The position numbers and the translations under genes are program-made. The notes beneath the pieces were generated by a model. The model worked only from the letters and a program-made list of their open reading frames with translations, ran no database searches and was not told the origin of the DNA. From NCBI GenBank assembly GCA_963711565.1, contig CAVQEQ010000004.1, forward strand, positions 1,280,001 through 1,344,000: a stretch of DNA of 64,000 bases, read 5' to 3'. This DNA is from an uncultured delta proteobacterium. Lineage in GTDB: Bacteria > Desulfobacterota > Binatia > Binatales > Binataceae. Of the stretch, positions 20,541 to 29,479 are shown piece by piece. How positions within the stretch are numbered: position 1 is the first letter of the stretch; every line of letters begins with the position of its first letter.

Positions 20541-21848
20541 ATGAACATCGCAGTTGTGGGGAGCGGATATGTCGGACTGGTGAGTGGCACCTGCTATGCC
20601 GAAAGCGGCAACGAAGTATTCTGTGTCGACATCGACAAGCAGCGCATCGCCCAGTTGACCGAGGGCAAGATTCCAATTTACGAGCCGGGACTCGAAGAAC
20701 TGGTGCGCCGTAATCTGAAGGAAGGCCGCCTTCATTTCACCACCGACATTAACGAAGCGATCAAGCAATCGATGGTCTCCTACATTGCCGTCGGCACTCC
20801 TATGAGCGCATCGGGTGCGGCCGACTTAACCGCAATCTTCAAAGCTGCCGAGGACATCGCCAAAGCGATCACCGGCTATCATATCGTGGCGGTCAAAAGC
20901 ACGGTGCCGGTTGGCACCAACGATCGCGTGCGCGAGATCGTCGGGAAAGTCGCCAAGCATCGCGCCGATGTGTGCTCGGTGCCGGAGTTTCTCAAGGAAG
21001 GCTCAGCGATCGAAGATTTCATGCGGCCTGACCGGGTCGTGATCGGCAGCCTGAGCGAGCAGGCGACGGCTATTCTCAAGGAGATTCACAACCCTTTTGT
21101 GCGTACCGACAATCCGATCCTCGTGATGGATCCACGCTCGGCGGAGCTGACCAAATACGCGTCGAACGCGATGCTTGCGATGCGCATCTCGTTCATCAAC
21201 GAGATGGCGACGCTGTGCGACGCCGTCGGCGCCGACATCAACGCCGTCCGCCGCGGTCTCGGTACCGACAAGCGCATCGGCTCGTCGTTCCTGTTTCCGG
21301 GGGTCGGTTACGGCGGTTCATGCTTCCCGAAGGACGTGCAGGCGATGATTCATACGGCGAGCGAGCACAATCTCGACTTCGCGCTTTTGCGCGCGGCGGA
21401 GGCGGTGAACTCGCGGCAGAAGCGGCTGATTCCCGCGCGTGTGAAGCAGCATTTCGGGCAAAACCTGACCGGCCGCACCTTCGCGATTTGGGGACTTGCC
21501 TTCAAGCCGCGAACCGACGACATGCGTGAAGCGCCGGCGCTGGTCGTGATCGAGGAACTCCTGCAGGCCGGCGCCAAGTGCCAGGTCCATGATCCCGAGG
21601 CGCTCGAGAATGCGCGCAAGATTTTTGGCGATCGCGTGACTTACCACAAAACCAATTACGAGGCCCTCAAGGGCGCCGACGCGCTGCTGATTCTGACCGA
21701 GTGGAACGAATTCCGGCATCCCAACTTCCAGCGCATCAAGGCCGAGCTGAAAGAGCCGGTGATATTCGACGGCAGGAACCTGTATGATCCTGATCTGATG
21801 AAGGCGCTCGAACTCCGGTATTACTCAGTCGGGCGCCACCCGGTTTAG
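20541..21848 (+). CDS. ugd: UDP-glucose/GDP-mannose dehydrogenase
   Basis: GSGYVG, KSTVPVG, PEFLKEG, GYGGSCFPKD and FKPRTDDMRE. Confidence 0.95.
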   Translation: MNIAVVGSGYVGLVSGTCYAESGNEVFCVDIDKQRIAQLTEGKIPIYEPGLEELVRRNLKEGRLHFTTDINEAIKQSMVSYIAVGTPMSASGAADLTAIFKAAEDIAKAITGYHIVAVKSTVPVGTNDRVREIVGKVAKHRADVCSVPEFLKEGSAIEDFMRPDRVVIGSLSEQATAILKEIHNPFVRTDNPILVMDPRSAELTKYASNAMLAMRISFINEMATLCDAVGADINAVRRGLGTDKRIGSSFLFPGVGYGGSCFPKDVQAMIHTASEHNLDFALLRAAEAVNSRQKRLIPARVKQHFGQNLTGRTFAIWGLAFKPRTDDMREAPALVVIEELLQAGAKCQVHDPEALENARKIFGDRVTYHKTNYEALKGADALLILTEWNEFRHPNFQRIKAELKEPVIFDGRNLYDPDLMKALELRYYSVGRHPV

Positions 21849-21863
21849 GACAAGGACAATGCG

Positions 21864-22805
21864 ATGAGAATTCTGGTGACCGGCGGCGCCGGCTTTATCG
21901 GCTCGCACACGGTGGATGCGCTGGTCGCGTCCGGCGCCGGCGAAGTTTCGGTGCTGGACAATTTTTCGACCGGCAAGCGGCACCAGGTGAACCCGAAGGC
22001 GACGCTCTACCAGACCGATCTGCGCGACGCCGCCGCGGTTGGGTCGGTCGTCGAGAAGGCGCGGCCCGAGATTATTTTCCATCTCGCGGCGCAGATGGAC
22101 GTGCGGCGTTCGGTCGCGGATCCCGCGTTCGACGCGCAAGTGAACGTGGTCGGCTTTCTCAATTTGATCGAATCGGCGCGCAAACAGGGCCTCAAGCGCG
22201 TCGTCTTTTCTTCGACCGGCGGCGCGATTTACGGCGAGCAGGACGAGTTCCCGTGCACCGAGGAGCATCCGAAACGGCCGGTTAGTCCCTACGGCGTCGC
22301 CAAGCTCGCGACCGAGGCTTACCTGTTTTTTTACAAGATCGAATACGGAATCGACTATCTCGCGCTGAGATTCGGCAACGTGTACGGCCCGCGCCAGGAT
22401 CCTCATGGCGAAGCGGGCGTGATCTCGATTTTCTGTGGGAAAATACTCGACGCCCAACCCGTGACGATTTATGGCGACGGCACGCAGACGCGCGACTACG
22501 TTTACGTCGGCGACGTGGTGCGGGCCGTGGTCGCGGCGTCGAAGTCCAACGCGTCGGGAATCGCGATCAACATCGGCACCGGCATCGAGACCAACGTGAA
22601 CGATCTCTATTCGACGCTCGCGGGCATTGCCGATTTCCCGACCAAGGCCGAGCATGCAGCCGCGCGCCCTGGCGAGCAAAAGCGCTCGGTTATCTCGCCG
22701 GCGCGCGCCGAAAAGGAGCTTGGATGGCGGCCCGAAAAGAAGCTCGCCGACGGGCTCGAAGAGACGTTCAAGTATTTCAAGCAGCAGCGCGACCGTCCAA
22801 GTTGA
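21864..22805 (+). CDS. NAD-dependent epimerase/dehydratase (UDP-glucose 4-epimerase-like)
   Basis: [23 protein letters not shown] (YxxxK) and NVYGPRQ. Confidence 0.93.
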   Translation: MRILVTGGAGFIGSHTVDALVASGAGEVSVLDNFSTGKRHQVNPKATLYQTDLRDAAAVGSVVEKARPEIIFHLAAQMDVRRSVADPAFDAQVNVVGFLNLIESARKQGLKRVVFSSTGGAIYGEQDEFPCTEEHPKRPVSPYGVAKLATEAYLFFYKIEYGIDYLALRFGNVYGPRQDPHGEAGVISIFCGKILDAQPVTIYGDGTQTRDYVYVGDVVRAVVAASKSNASGIAINIGTGIETNVNDLYSTLAGIADFPTKAEHAAARPGEQKRSVISPARAEKELGWRPEKKLADGLEETFKYFKQQRDRPS

Positions 22806-22806
22806 A

Positions 22807-24609
22807 ATGACCGACCCCGCTTCGATTCGTAACTTTTCGATCATCGCGCATATCGATCACGGCAAATCCACGCTCGCCGATCGAATCCTCGAGCGCACCG
22901 GTGCGCTCACGATGCGCGAATCGAAGGACCAGTTTCTCGACTCGATGGACCTCGAACGCGAGCGCGGAATTACGATCAAGGCGCGCTCGGTACGCCTCAA
23001 CTACACGGCCAAAGACGGCAAGGGCTACGTCCTCAACCTCATCGATACTCCGGGCCACGTCGATTTCGCCTATGAAGTTTCGCGCAGCCTGGCCGCGTGC
23101 GAGGGCGCGCTGCTGGTGGTCGATGCGAGCCAGGGCGTCGAGGCGCAGACGCTCGCCAACGTCTATCTCGCGCTCGATCACGGCCTCGAAATTATTCCGG
23201 TAATCAACAAGATCGATCTTCCCGGCGCGGATATCGAGCGGACCAGGCAGCAAATCGAGGAAATTATCGGGCTCGACGCCTCCGACGCGATCCTCACCAG
23301 CGCCAAGGAGGGCGTCGGCATCGACGACGTGCTCGAAGCGATCGTCGCGCGCATCCCGGCGCCCAAGCCGACCAACGAATCCGCCGTCCGCGCGCTCATC
23401 TTCGACAGTTGGTATGACGTGTACGAAGGCGTGATCGGCCTGGTCCGCGTATTCGGCGGTGAACTCCGCGTCGGCATGAAAGTTCGGCTGATGGGCACCG
23501 ATAAGCTCGGCGAGGTGATGCGCCTAGGGCATTTCACGCCGCACGAGCGTCGCGCAGACGCGCTCGGCCCCGGCGAGGTCGGCTTCGTCGTGGCGAATAT
23601 CAAGACCGTCGCGGACATGCGCGTGGGCGACACGATTACCGACGCGGACAATCCCGCGGTCGCGCCGCTGCCGGGCTTCAAGGAGTTGAAGCCGATGGTC
23701 TTCGCGGGGCTGTATCCGACCGAGGCGAATCAGTACGGTGCGCTGCGCGACGCAATCGAGAAACTACGTCTGAACGACGCGAGTCTTATCTGCGAGCCCG
23801 AGACTTCGCAGGCATTGGGCTTCGGCTTTCGCGCCGGCTTTCTGGGCTTGCTGCACATGGAAATCGCGCAGGAGCGGCTCGAGCGCGAGTTCGGTATCAG
23901 CCTGATCGTAACCGCGCCGACCGTCGCCTACCAGGTGCGCACCGTGTCGGGCGCGCTGATGACGGTGGACAATCCCGCACATCTGCCCGACGAGAACACC
24001 ATCGAGGCGATCGAAGAGCCGTTTATCCTCACGTCTATCCACATGCCCGAGGAGTACCTCGGCGCCGTGATGAAGCTGTGCGAGGATCGCCGCGGCCTCC
24101 AACGCGACCTGCGCTTCCTCGGCGAGAAGCGCGTTATTCTGCACTACGAACTGCCGCTGGCCGAAATCGTCTTCGATTTCTACGATCGCCTGAAATCCGT
24201 AAGCCGCGGTTACGCGTCGCTGGACTATGAGTTTCTGGACTTCCGGGCCGGGCCTCTGGTTAAATTGGACATACGGATCAACGGCGAGGTGGTGGACGCG
24301 CTTTCGATAATCGTGCATCGCGACAAGGCTTACGAACGGGGCCGGGCGTTGTGCGAAAAGATGCGCGAGCTGATACCGCGCCAGATGTTCGAAGTCGCGA
24401 TTCAAGCCGGCATCGGCGCCAAGATTATCGCGCGCGAATCCGTAAAGGCGCTGCGCAAGAACGTCACCGCCAAATGTTACGGCGGCGACATCACGCGAAA
24501 GCGGAAGCTGCTCGAGAAGCAAAAGGAAGGCAAGAAGCGGATGAAACAGGTCGGGCGCGTCGAGATTCCGCAAGAGGCTTTCCTGGCCCTGCTCAAGGTC
24601 GGGGAGTAG
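22807..24609 (+). CDS. lepA: translation elongation factor 4 (LepA)
   Basis: [32 protein letters not shown] and [14 protein letters not shown]. Confidence 0.98.
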   Translation: MTDPASIRNFSIIAHIDHGKSTLADRILERTGALTMRESKDQFLDSMDLERERGITIKARSVRLNYTAKDGKGYVLNLIDTPGHVDFAYEVSRSLAACEGALLVVDASQGVEAQTLANVYLALDHGLEIIPVINKIDLPGADIERTRQQIEEIIGLDASDAILTSAKEGVGIDDVLEAIVARIPAPKPTNESAVRALIFDSWYDVYEGVIGLVRVFGGELRVGMKVRLMGTDKLGEVMRLGHFTPHERRADALGPGEVGFVVANIKTVADMRVGDTITDADNPAVAPLPGFKELKPMVFAGLYPTEANQYGALRDAIEKLRLNDASLICEPETSQALGFGFRAGFLGLLHMEIAQERLEREFGISLIVTAPTVAYQVRTVSGALMTVDNPAHLPDENTIEAIEEPFILTSIHMPEEYLGAVMKLCEDRRGLQRDLRFLGEKRVILHYELPLAEIVFDFYDRLKSVSRGYASLDYEFLDFRAGPLVKLDIRINGEVVDALSIIVHRDKAYERGRALCEKMRELIPRQMFEVAIQAGIGAKIIARESVKALRKNVTAKCYGGDITRKRKLLEKQKEGKKRMKQVGRVEIPQEAFLALLKVGE

Positions 24610-24616
24610 GGCAGTC

Positions 24617-25357
24617 GTGGCCGAACCAGCTCGCAAAGTACAGCCGCTCAACGCCCGCGAAGCAGATCGCACGTCCGCGCAGAAGTCTGTCGCGCGCGAA
24701 TACGGCGAGGCGATGTTCATCGCGCTTCTGCTCGCGATCTTCATCCGCACATTTTTCGTCCAGGCGTACAAAATTCCGTCAGGATCGATGGAACCGACGC
24801 TGCTCATCGGCGATCACATACTCGTCAACAAGATCATTTTCGGACTGCGAATTCCTGACTCGATCTTCGGCCTCGAGATTCCCGGCCTCCCTTTGGGTAA
24901 GTACGTCTTCCATCTTGAACCCGTCCATCGCGGCGACGTCGTTGTGTTCGTCTTTCCACCCGATCGCACCAAGGATTTTATCAAGCGCGTAATTGGCATT
25001 GCCGGCGATACTGTCGCTGTGAAGAACGGAGTCGTGTGGCTCAACGGTTCGCCGATGGACGATCCGCATGCACATCGCGAGGTCGCAGACAACGACCGCT
25101 CGCCCGTCTCGCCGCGTGACAACTTCGGACCTGTGACTGTGCCGCCGGACAAGCTGTTCATGATGGGCGACAATCGCGATCGCAGCTACGATAGCCGTTT
25201 CTGGGGTTTCGTCGATCTCAACAACGTCGAAGGTCGCGCGACGATCATCTATTTGCCGTGGAATGAGGAGAAAGCGGACAGCGCCTCGACCCTGAGCGAC
25301 CTGCTGTTGTGGTTCGAGTACATCAGGTGGGATCGGCTCGGGATGATCGTGCATTAA
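24617..25357 (+). CDS. lepB: signal peptidase I
   Basis: IPSGSMEPTL (Ser), FIKRV (Lys) and GDNRDRSYDSR. Confidence 0.96.
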   Translation: MAEPARKVQPLNAREADRTSAQKSVAREYGEAMFIALLLAIFIRTFFVQAYKIPSGSMEPTLLIGDHILVNKIIFGLRIPDSIFGLEIPGLPLGKYVFHLEPVHRGDVVVFVFPPDRTKDFIKRVIGIAGDTVAVKNGVVWLNGSPMDDPHAHREVADNDRSPVSPRDNFGPVTVPPDKLFMMGDNRDRSYDSRFWGFVDLNNVEGRATIIYLPWNEEKADSASTLSDLLLWFEYIRWDRLGMIVH

Positions 25358-25375
25358 CCAAAGAGGAACCATCAG

Positions 25376-25975
25376 GTGGCGGACGAAGCGGTGAACAGGA
25401 TTGGCGCGATCCTCGAGGAGCTGGGCGCACGGTTCGATCTCGTGGTCGAGGCCGTTTCGGGTTTCGGCGGACGCATGGATACGCTGCGCGACGAGATCTT
25501 CGGGCAGTTCGCGGAAGTCGGCGGCCAGATTCGATTCCTGTCCGAGCAGATTGCCGAGAATCGCAGGGGTATCGTCGCGACGCGCGACGATCTCGGCGCC
25601 GAGATGATCCGGCTGGGCGAGGCGCTCGGCAAGGCCCGCATTGAGTTCCGCGACGAACTGGTTGCGGCGCAGACGGGGCTTCGAGGCGAATTTGCCGCGC
25701 GCGCCGTCGAGTTCCGCGAAGAGGCCGCGCGCGCGCTCGCATCCACCGGCCAGCAGGCGGTAGCCACGGGCGGCGAGACGACGAAGATTCTCAAGCGCGA
25801 AATCGCGGCATCAGCCGAAACGGCGGCAAAAAAACTCGGTGCGGAGTTGAAGCAGACGAGCAAATCGCTCGCGAACCTCGCTCGCAAGTTCGACCGCTTC
25901 GACGATCGGATTACAGTTCAAACGCGCGACCAGGATCAACGCCTACGAAAGCTCGAGCGCAAGCGCGGCGCGTAA
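25376..25975 (+). CDS. hypothetical coiled-coil protein
   Basis: 199 aa, Ala/Glu/Arg-rich, helical heptad-like pattern; follows lepB on the same strand. Confidence 0.6.
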   Translation: MADEAVNRIGAILEELGARFDLVVEAVSGFGGRMDTLRDEIFGQFAEVGGQIRFLSEQIAENRRGIVATRDDLGAEMIRLGEALGKARIEFRDELVAAQTGLRGEFAARAVEFREEAARALASTGQQAVATGGETTKILKREIAASAETAAKKLGAELKQTSKSLANLARKFDRFDDRITVQTRDQDQRLRKLERKRGA

Positions 25976-26165
25976 CTCTCGTCGCTCTCCTTATTGGATG
26001 TGCACCAAACGTCGGTGCGCGAACTCGAATTAACCGTTTGGTGTTCCTCCGGTAACGCGTCGCTTGTAGGCTCTCACTGGAGGCAGTGTCAGGTTCGGGG
26101 CTCTAAGCGGAGGACTATGTCCAACAATATTCGACGCCCGCGTCGTTTGAGCGCGAGGAGTTCCG

Positions 26166-27491
26166 GTGGCATCTACCGCGCCCGCTGACGTGCGGTCCGC
26201 TGTCAACGTCGCAGGAGCTTCGCGCGGGCCTGCTGAGCAGGAGGGCGCGCCGAACAGTCGCCAGCTGGCGTTCTCGATCGCCCGTGTGCTCGCCTTCAAC
26301 GGATTCGCGATGTCGATCAACGGCATCGGCGCACCTTGGATCTCGAAGAGTTTTCACCTTGGCGAGTCGGGAATCGCGGGCCTGTTCGCATGGATTTCGC
26401 TGTCGGCGATCGGCGCGCTGGGACTCTCGCGCATGATCGATCGGATCGGGCGCCGCCGGATGCTGCTAGGCTGCACCGCCGGCACCTCGGTCAGCGCGCT
26501 CACTGCCGCATTCGCTACCAACATCGCGGCGTTCGCCGTGTGCGAGATAGCGCTCTACGCCTTCATCGGCGCGACGGTCGCCGGCGGCATTGTAATCCTG
26601 GCCGAGGAACTCCCGATCGAGGAACGCGCGCGAGGGCAAAGCTGGGGCGGGCTGGGAATCGCCCTCGGCGGCGGGCTCTGTCTGATCGTGATGCCAATGG
26701 TGACGAGTCGTTACTCGTGGCGATGGATGCTGGTGGCGGCGTCGGTGATGGGAGTCGGCGCGCTACGGAGGGCGGCCTTAGTCGTGCCGGAGAGCGGACG
26801 CTGGCAACGCGCCGCCGCGAGCGGCACGACCTCGAGCAGCAGCTTCTTCGATGCGTTCGGGCACCTGTACCGGCGTCGCGCGATAACGATTCTGTTCTGC
26901 TCGTTGCTGGGCAACATCGCAGGGGTGGCGGCCAGCAGTTGGGCGTACTTCCACCTGGTTTCGGTCCTGAAACTGGCGCCGGGAACCGCCAGTGCCATGA
27001 TGCTGATCGGCGGCGGCGCCGGGGTGCTCGGGTTTCCGCTAGGCGCACGAGGATGTGAGCGTTACGGCCGCATCCCGACGATCTTCGTCGCCGGCCTACT
27101 GACCAGTCTCGGCGCGGTCGCTTTCTATTGGGGTCCCCCGGCGAATTTGCCTCTTCACTGGCTATGGATCGAGCTTACGTATTGTTGTTTCACCGCCGGC
27201 CTGAGTGCGGGGCAGGTGGGCGGCAATTCGCTGGGGACCGAACTTTTTCCAACCGCAATCCGAGGCGCAATGATGGGCTGGTTCGCGTTGATTGGTGCGG
27301 TCGCGGCCGTCGCCGCTCACACTCTGATCGCGGTCTTCGCCGCGCGTCTCGGCGGGCTGTCGATCGTGGTCGGCTACCTGAGCATGCTCGCGATACCCAA
27401 CGCAATCATCGTCGCACTCATGCTCCCGGAAACGCGCGGCCTCTCGTTGGAAGCCGCCGCGATGGAAGAAGAATTCGAGAAGTCGCAGTAG
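26166..27491 (+). CDS. MFS transporter
   Basis: DRIGRRR motif A, EELPIEERARG, ELFPTAIRG and LPETRG; about 12 hydrophobic segments. Confidence 0.9.
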   Translation: MASTAPADVRSAVNVAGASRGPAEQEGAPNSRQLAFSIARVLAFNGFAMSINGIGAPWISKSFHLGESGIAGLFAWISLSAIGALGLSRMIDRIGRRRMLLGCTAGTSVSALTAAFATNIAAFAVCEIALYAFIGATVAGGIVILAEELPIEERARGQSWGGLGIALGGGLCLIVMPMVTSRYSWRWMLVAASVMGVGALRRAALVVPESGRWQRAAASGTTSSSSFFDAFGHLYRRRAITILFCSLLGNIAGVAASSWAYFHLVSVLKLAPGTASAMMLIGGGAGVLGFPLGARGCERYGRIPTIFVAGLLTSLGAVAFYWGPPANLPLHWLWIELTYCCFTAGLSAGQVGGNSLGTELFPTAIRGAMMGWFALIGAVAAVAAHTLIAVFAARLGGLSIVVGYLSMLAIPNAIIVALMLPETRGLSLEAAAMEEEFEKSQ

Positions 27492-27535
27492 AGCGGTAGC
27501 GCAACGCGCAACTTGCGATCGCGGGCGCGCAGATC

Positions 27536-28771
27536 ATGAAACTTTACGAAACCGAACGACACGAACGCTTAATCGAAACCGAGTGGAACGAAGACCGCGC
27601 GCGCGACGCCATCGATAGAATCGTCACCGACACAAATCGAAGCTTCAGCTCGGAACACCTGTGGCCAATCCATCCAGTCGATCGGTCCGCTGAACGGCCG
27701 ACGGATTCCCTCAAGTACCTGTACCACGGCGCGGCAGGAGTGATCTGGGCGCTCGGCTATCTGAATGAGACCGGCGCCGCGGCCGTCAAGCGCGACTATC
27801 TCCCCACGGTGCGCCAGTTGATTGCGCGAGTTCGCGTGGACTTGGAAAAGTACCCGGTAGTGCGAAAGTACATGGGTGCCGAGGTCGCGTCTTACATGCT
27901 GGGCGAGGCCGGGATTCTTCTCCTGCAGTGGAAGCTGGCGCCGTCAGATGACGTCGCCCAGCAACTCTATAGCCATTGCGAGGCGACGATCGGAGATCAA
28001 CGCGGTTTAGCCTGGGGTAGTGCAGGCACGATGCTCGCCGCGCTTTTCATGTACGAGCGGATCGATGACGCGCGCTGGAGGGAGCTGTTCCTTCGAAGTT
28101 TCCAGCCGCTGTGGGATCAATGGAAATACAGTGACGAAGCGCGCTGCCATCTTTGGACGTCGAGTCTGTACGGCGTTACCGAAATGCGCATGGGAGCAAT
28201 TCATGGGTTCGCGGCCAACGCGTATGTGATGATTCGTGGACGTCATTGGTTCGAGCCGAATCTTGCGGACGAAATGTTGAGGCGAATCCACGAGACGGTT
28301 CACGCAACTGCTTTGATCGAAGGATCGCGCGCAAACTGGCCGAACAACGTCGGACTCACGACGAGGCCGGCACCGCTGGCGATTGTCGTGCAACACTGCA
28401 ATGGCGCTCCCGGGATTGTCAATTGTCTGGCGGAGTTTCCGAATGATGCGCGCTGGCCCATCGACACGTTGCTGCTGCGGGCAGACGATCTGATCTGGGA
28501 GGCTGGGCCGCCAGTCAAATTTCCCAGCCTATGCCACGGCGCTGCTGGCAGCGGCTACGCCTTCCTGAAGCTCTACGTGCGCACAGGCGACGGCCGATGG
28601 CTGGACCGGGCAAGAAGATTTGCCATGCACGCTATCGACCAGTGCGACAGCGCTGTCAAAAAATACGGCCAGCGGAAGTTTTCGCTATGGACCGGAGACC
28701 TGGGCCTCGCGATCTATCTGTGGGACTGCATCGGAGGGACCGCGAAATTCCCGACGCTCGATGTTTTCTGA
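27536..28771 (+). CDS. LanC-like (lanthionine synthetase C-like) protein
   Basis: Repeated LYHGAAGV/GxAG barrel motifs, GAIHGFAA, HCNGAPG and LCHGAAG Zn ligands, SLWTGDLG. Confidence 0.88.
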   Translation: MKLYETERHERLIETEWNEDRARDAIDRIVTDTNRSFSSEHLWPIHPVDRSAERPTDSLKYLYHGAAGVIWALGYLNETGAAAVKRDYLPTVRQLIARVRVDLEKYPVVRKYMGAEVASYMLGEAGILLLQWKLAPSDDVAQQLYSHCEATIGDQRGLAWGSAGTMLAALFMYERIDDARWRELFLRSFQPLWDQWKYSDEARCHLWTSSLYGVTEMRMGAIHGFAANAYVMIRGRHWFEPNLADEMLRRIHETVHATALIEGSRANWPNNVGLTTRPAPLAIVVQHCNGAPGIVNCLAEFPNDARWPIDTLLLRADDLIWEAGPPVKFPSLCHGAAGSGYAFLKLYVRTGDGRWLDRARRFAMHAIDQCDSAVKKYGQRKFSLWTGDLGLAIYLWDCIGGTAKFPTLDVF

Positions 28772-28794
28772 TCGCAGCTGTGATGTGATCGGGG

Positions 28795-28823
28795 TTGACG
28801 CACATCCATTGCGATCATAGATT
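28795..28823 (+). promoter_or_regulatory. sigma70-type promoter of the pyr operon
   Basis: TTGACG (28795-28800), 17-bp spacer, TAGATT (28818-28823), immediately upstream of the attenuator. Confidence 0.7.
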
Positions 28824-28830
28824 CTGATCA

Positions 28831-28861
28831 CCTTTAATCCGCTACTGAGATAGCGAAAAGG
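28831..28861 (+). promoter_or_regulatory. PyrR-binding RNA stem-loop
   Basis: CCTTT-AATC-CGCTA-CTGAGA-TAGCG-A-AAAGG: lower stem with UUUAA and a CNGNGA hexaloop as in Bacillus pyr binding loops; directly upstream of pyrR. Confidence 0.75.
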
Positions 28862-28889
28862 AATGACAATGAAAGTGTATACTTTCGGA

Positions 28890-28920
28890 CCCGGCTGTTT
28901 TTGCAGCCGGGATTTTTTTT
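28890..28920 (+). terminator. intrinsic terminator of the pyr attenuator
   Basis: CCCGGCTG-TTTTTG-CAGCCGGG hairpin followed by A and eight T, about 10 bp before the pyrR ATG. Confidence 0.88.
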
Positions 28921-28930
28921 GGGCCGCACG

Positions 28931-29479
28931 ATGACCGCCGCGCCCAACGTCGCGCTCGACGCCGCGCAGGTCGGGCGTTCCGTCAAGCGGATCGCGATGG
29001 AAATCGCCGAGCGCAACGGCGGGGCCGACAACGTCGTGCTGGTCGGGATCGTTCGCCGCGGCGCCACGCTGGCCGAGCGTATCGCGGTCGAGCTGCGCGC
29101 CAACGGCAAACGTGAGATTCCCGTCGGCACGCTCGACATCTCATCCTATCGCGACGACGGCAAAGGTTTTCCCGGCGACCCGCGGCTGATAGGCCGCGAG
29201 ATTCCGTTTTCGCTCGACGCGAAGCGCGTGGTGCTCGTCGATGACGTGCTGTATACCGGGCGAACCGTACGCGCCGCGCTCGACGCGATTTCCGATCTGG
29301 GCCGCGCGGAATCGGTTCAACTCGCGGTACTGGTCGATCGCGGAGAGCGTGAGCTTCCGATTCGCGCCGACTACGTCGGCAAGAATATCCAGGCCCCGCG
29401 GGGGCAACGTGTTTACGTGCGGCTTACTGAAATCGACGGCGCGGACGCGGTCGTGATCGGCAATGCTAATGGAAAATGA
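28931..29479 (+). CDS. pyrR: bifunctional pyrimidine regulator PyrR / uracil phosphoribosyltransferase
   Basis: RSVKRIAMEIAER, LDISSYRDD, VLVDDVLYTGRT and DRGERELPIRADYVGKN. Confidence 0.95.
   Translation: MTAAPNVALDAAQVGRSVKRIAMEIAERNGGADNVVLVGIVRRGATLAERIAVELRANGKREIPVGTLDISSYRDDGKGFPGDPRLIGREIPFSLDAKRVVLVDDVLYTGRTVRAALDAISDLGRAESVQLAVLVDRGERELPIRADYVGKNIQAPRGQRVYVRLTEIDGADAVVIGNANGK

Noticed and set aside
9981-25357. Very long same-strand TCA-to-lepB gene run as a novel system
   Set aside because: All members are well-known housekeeping genes, and sub-clusters such as sucCD-ndk-rlmN and lepA-lepB are common.
26117-26188. Arg-rich 23-aa ORF with strong GGAGGA RBS upstream of the MFS gene (possible leader peptide)
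   Set aside because: No attenuator structure is evident, and given the other indels it could equally be the frameshifted true start of the MFS gene; not supportable.
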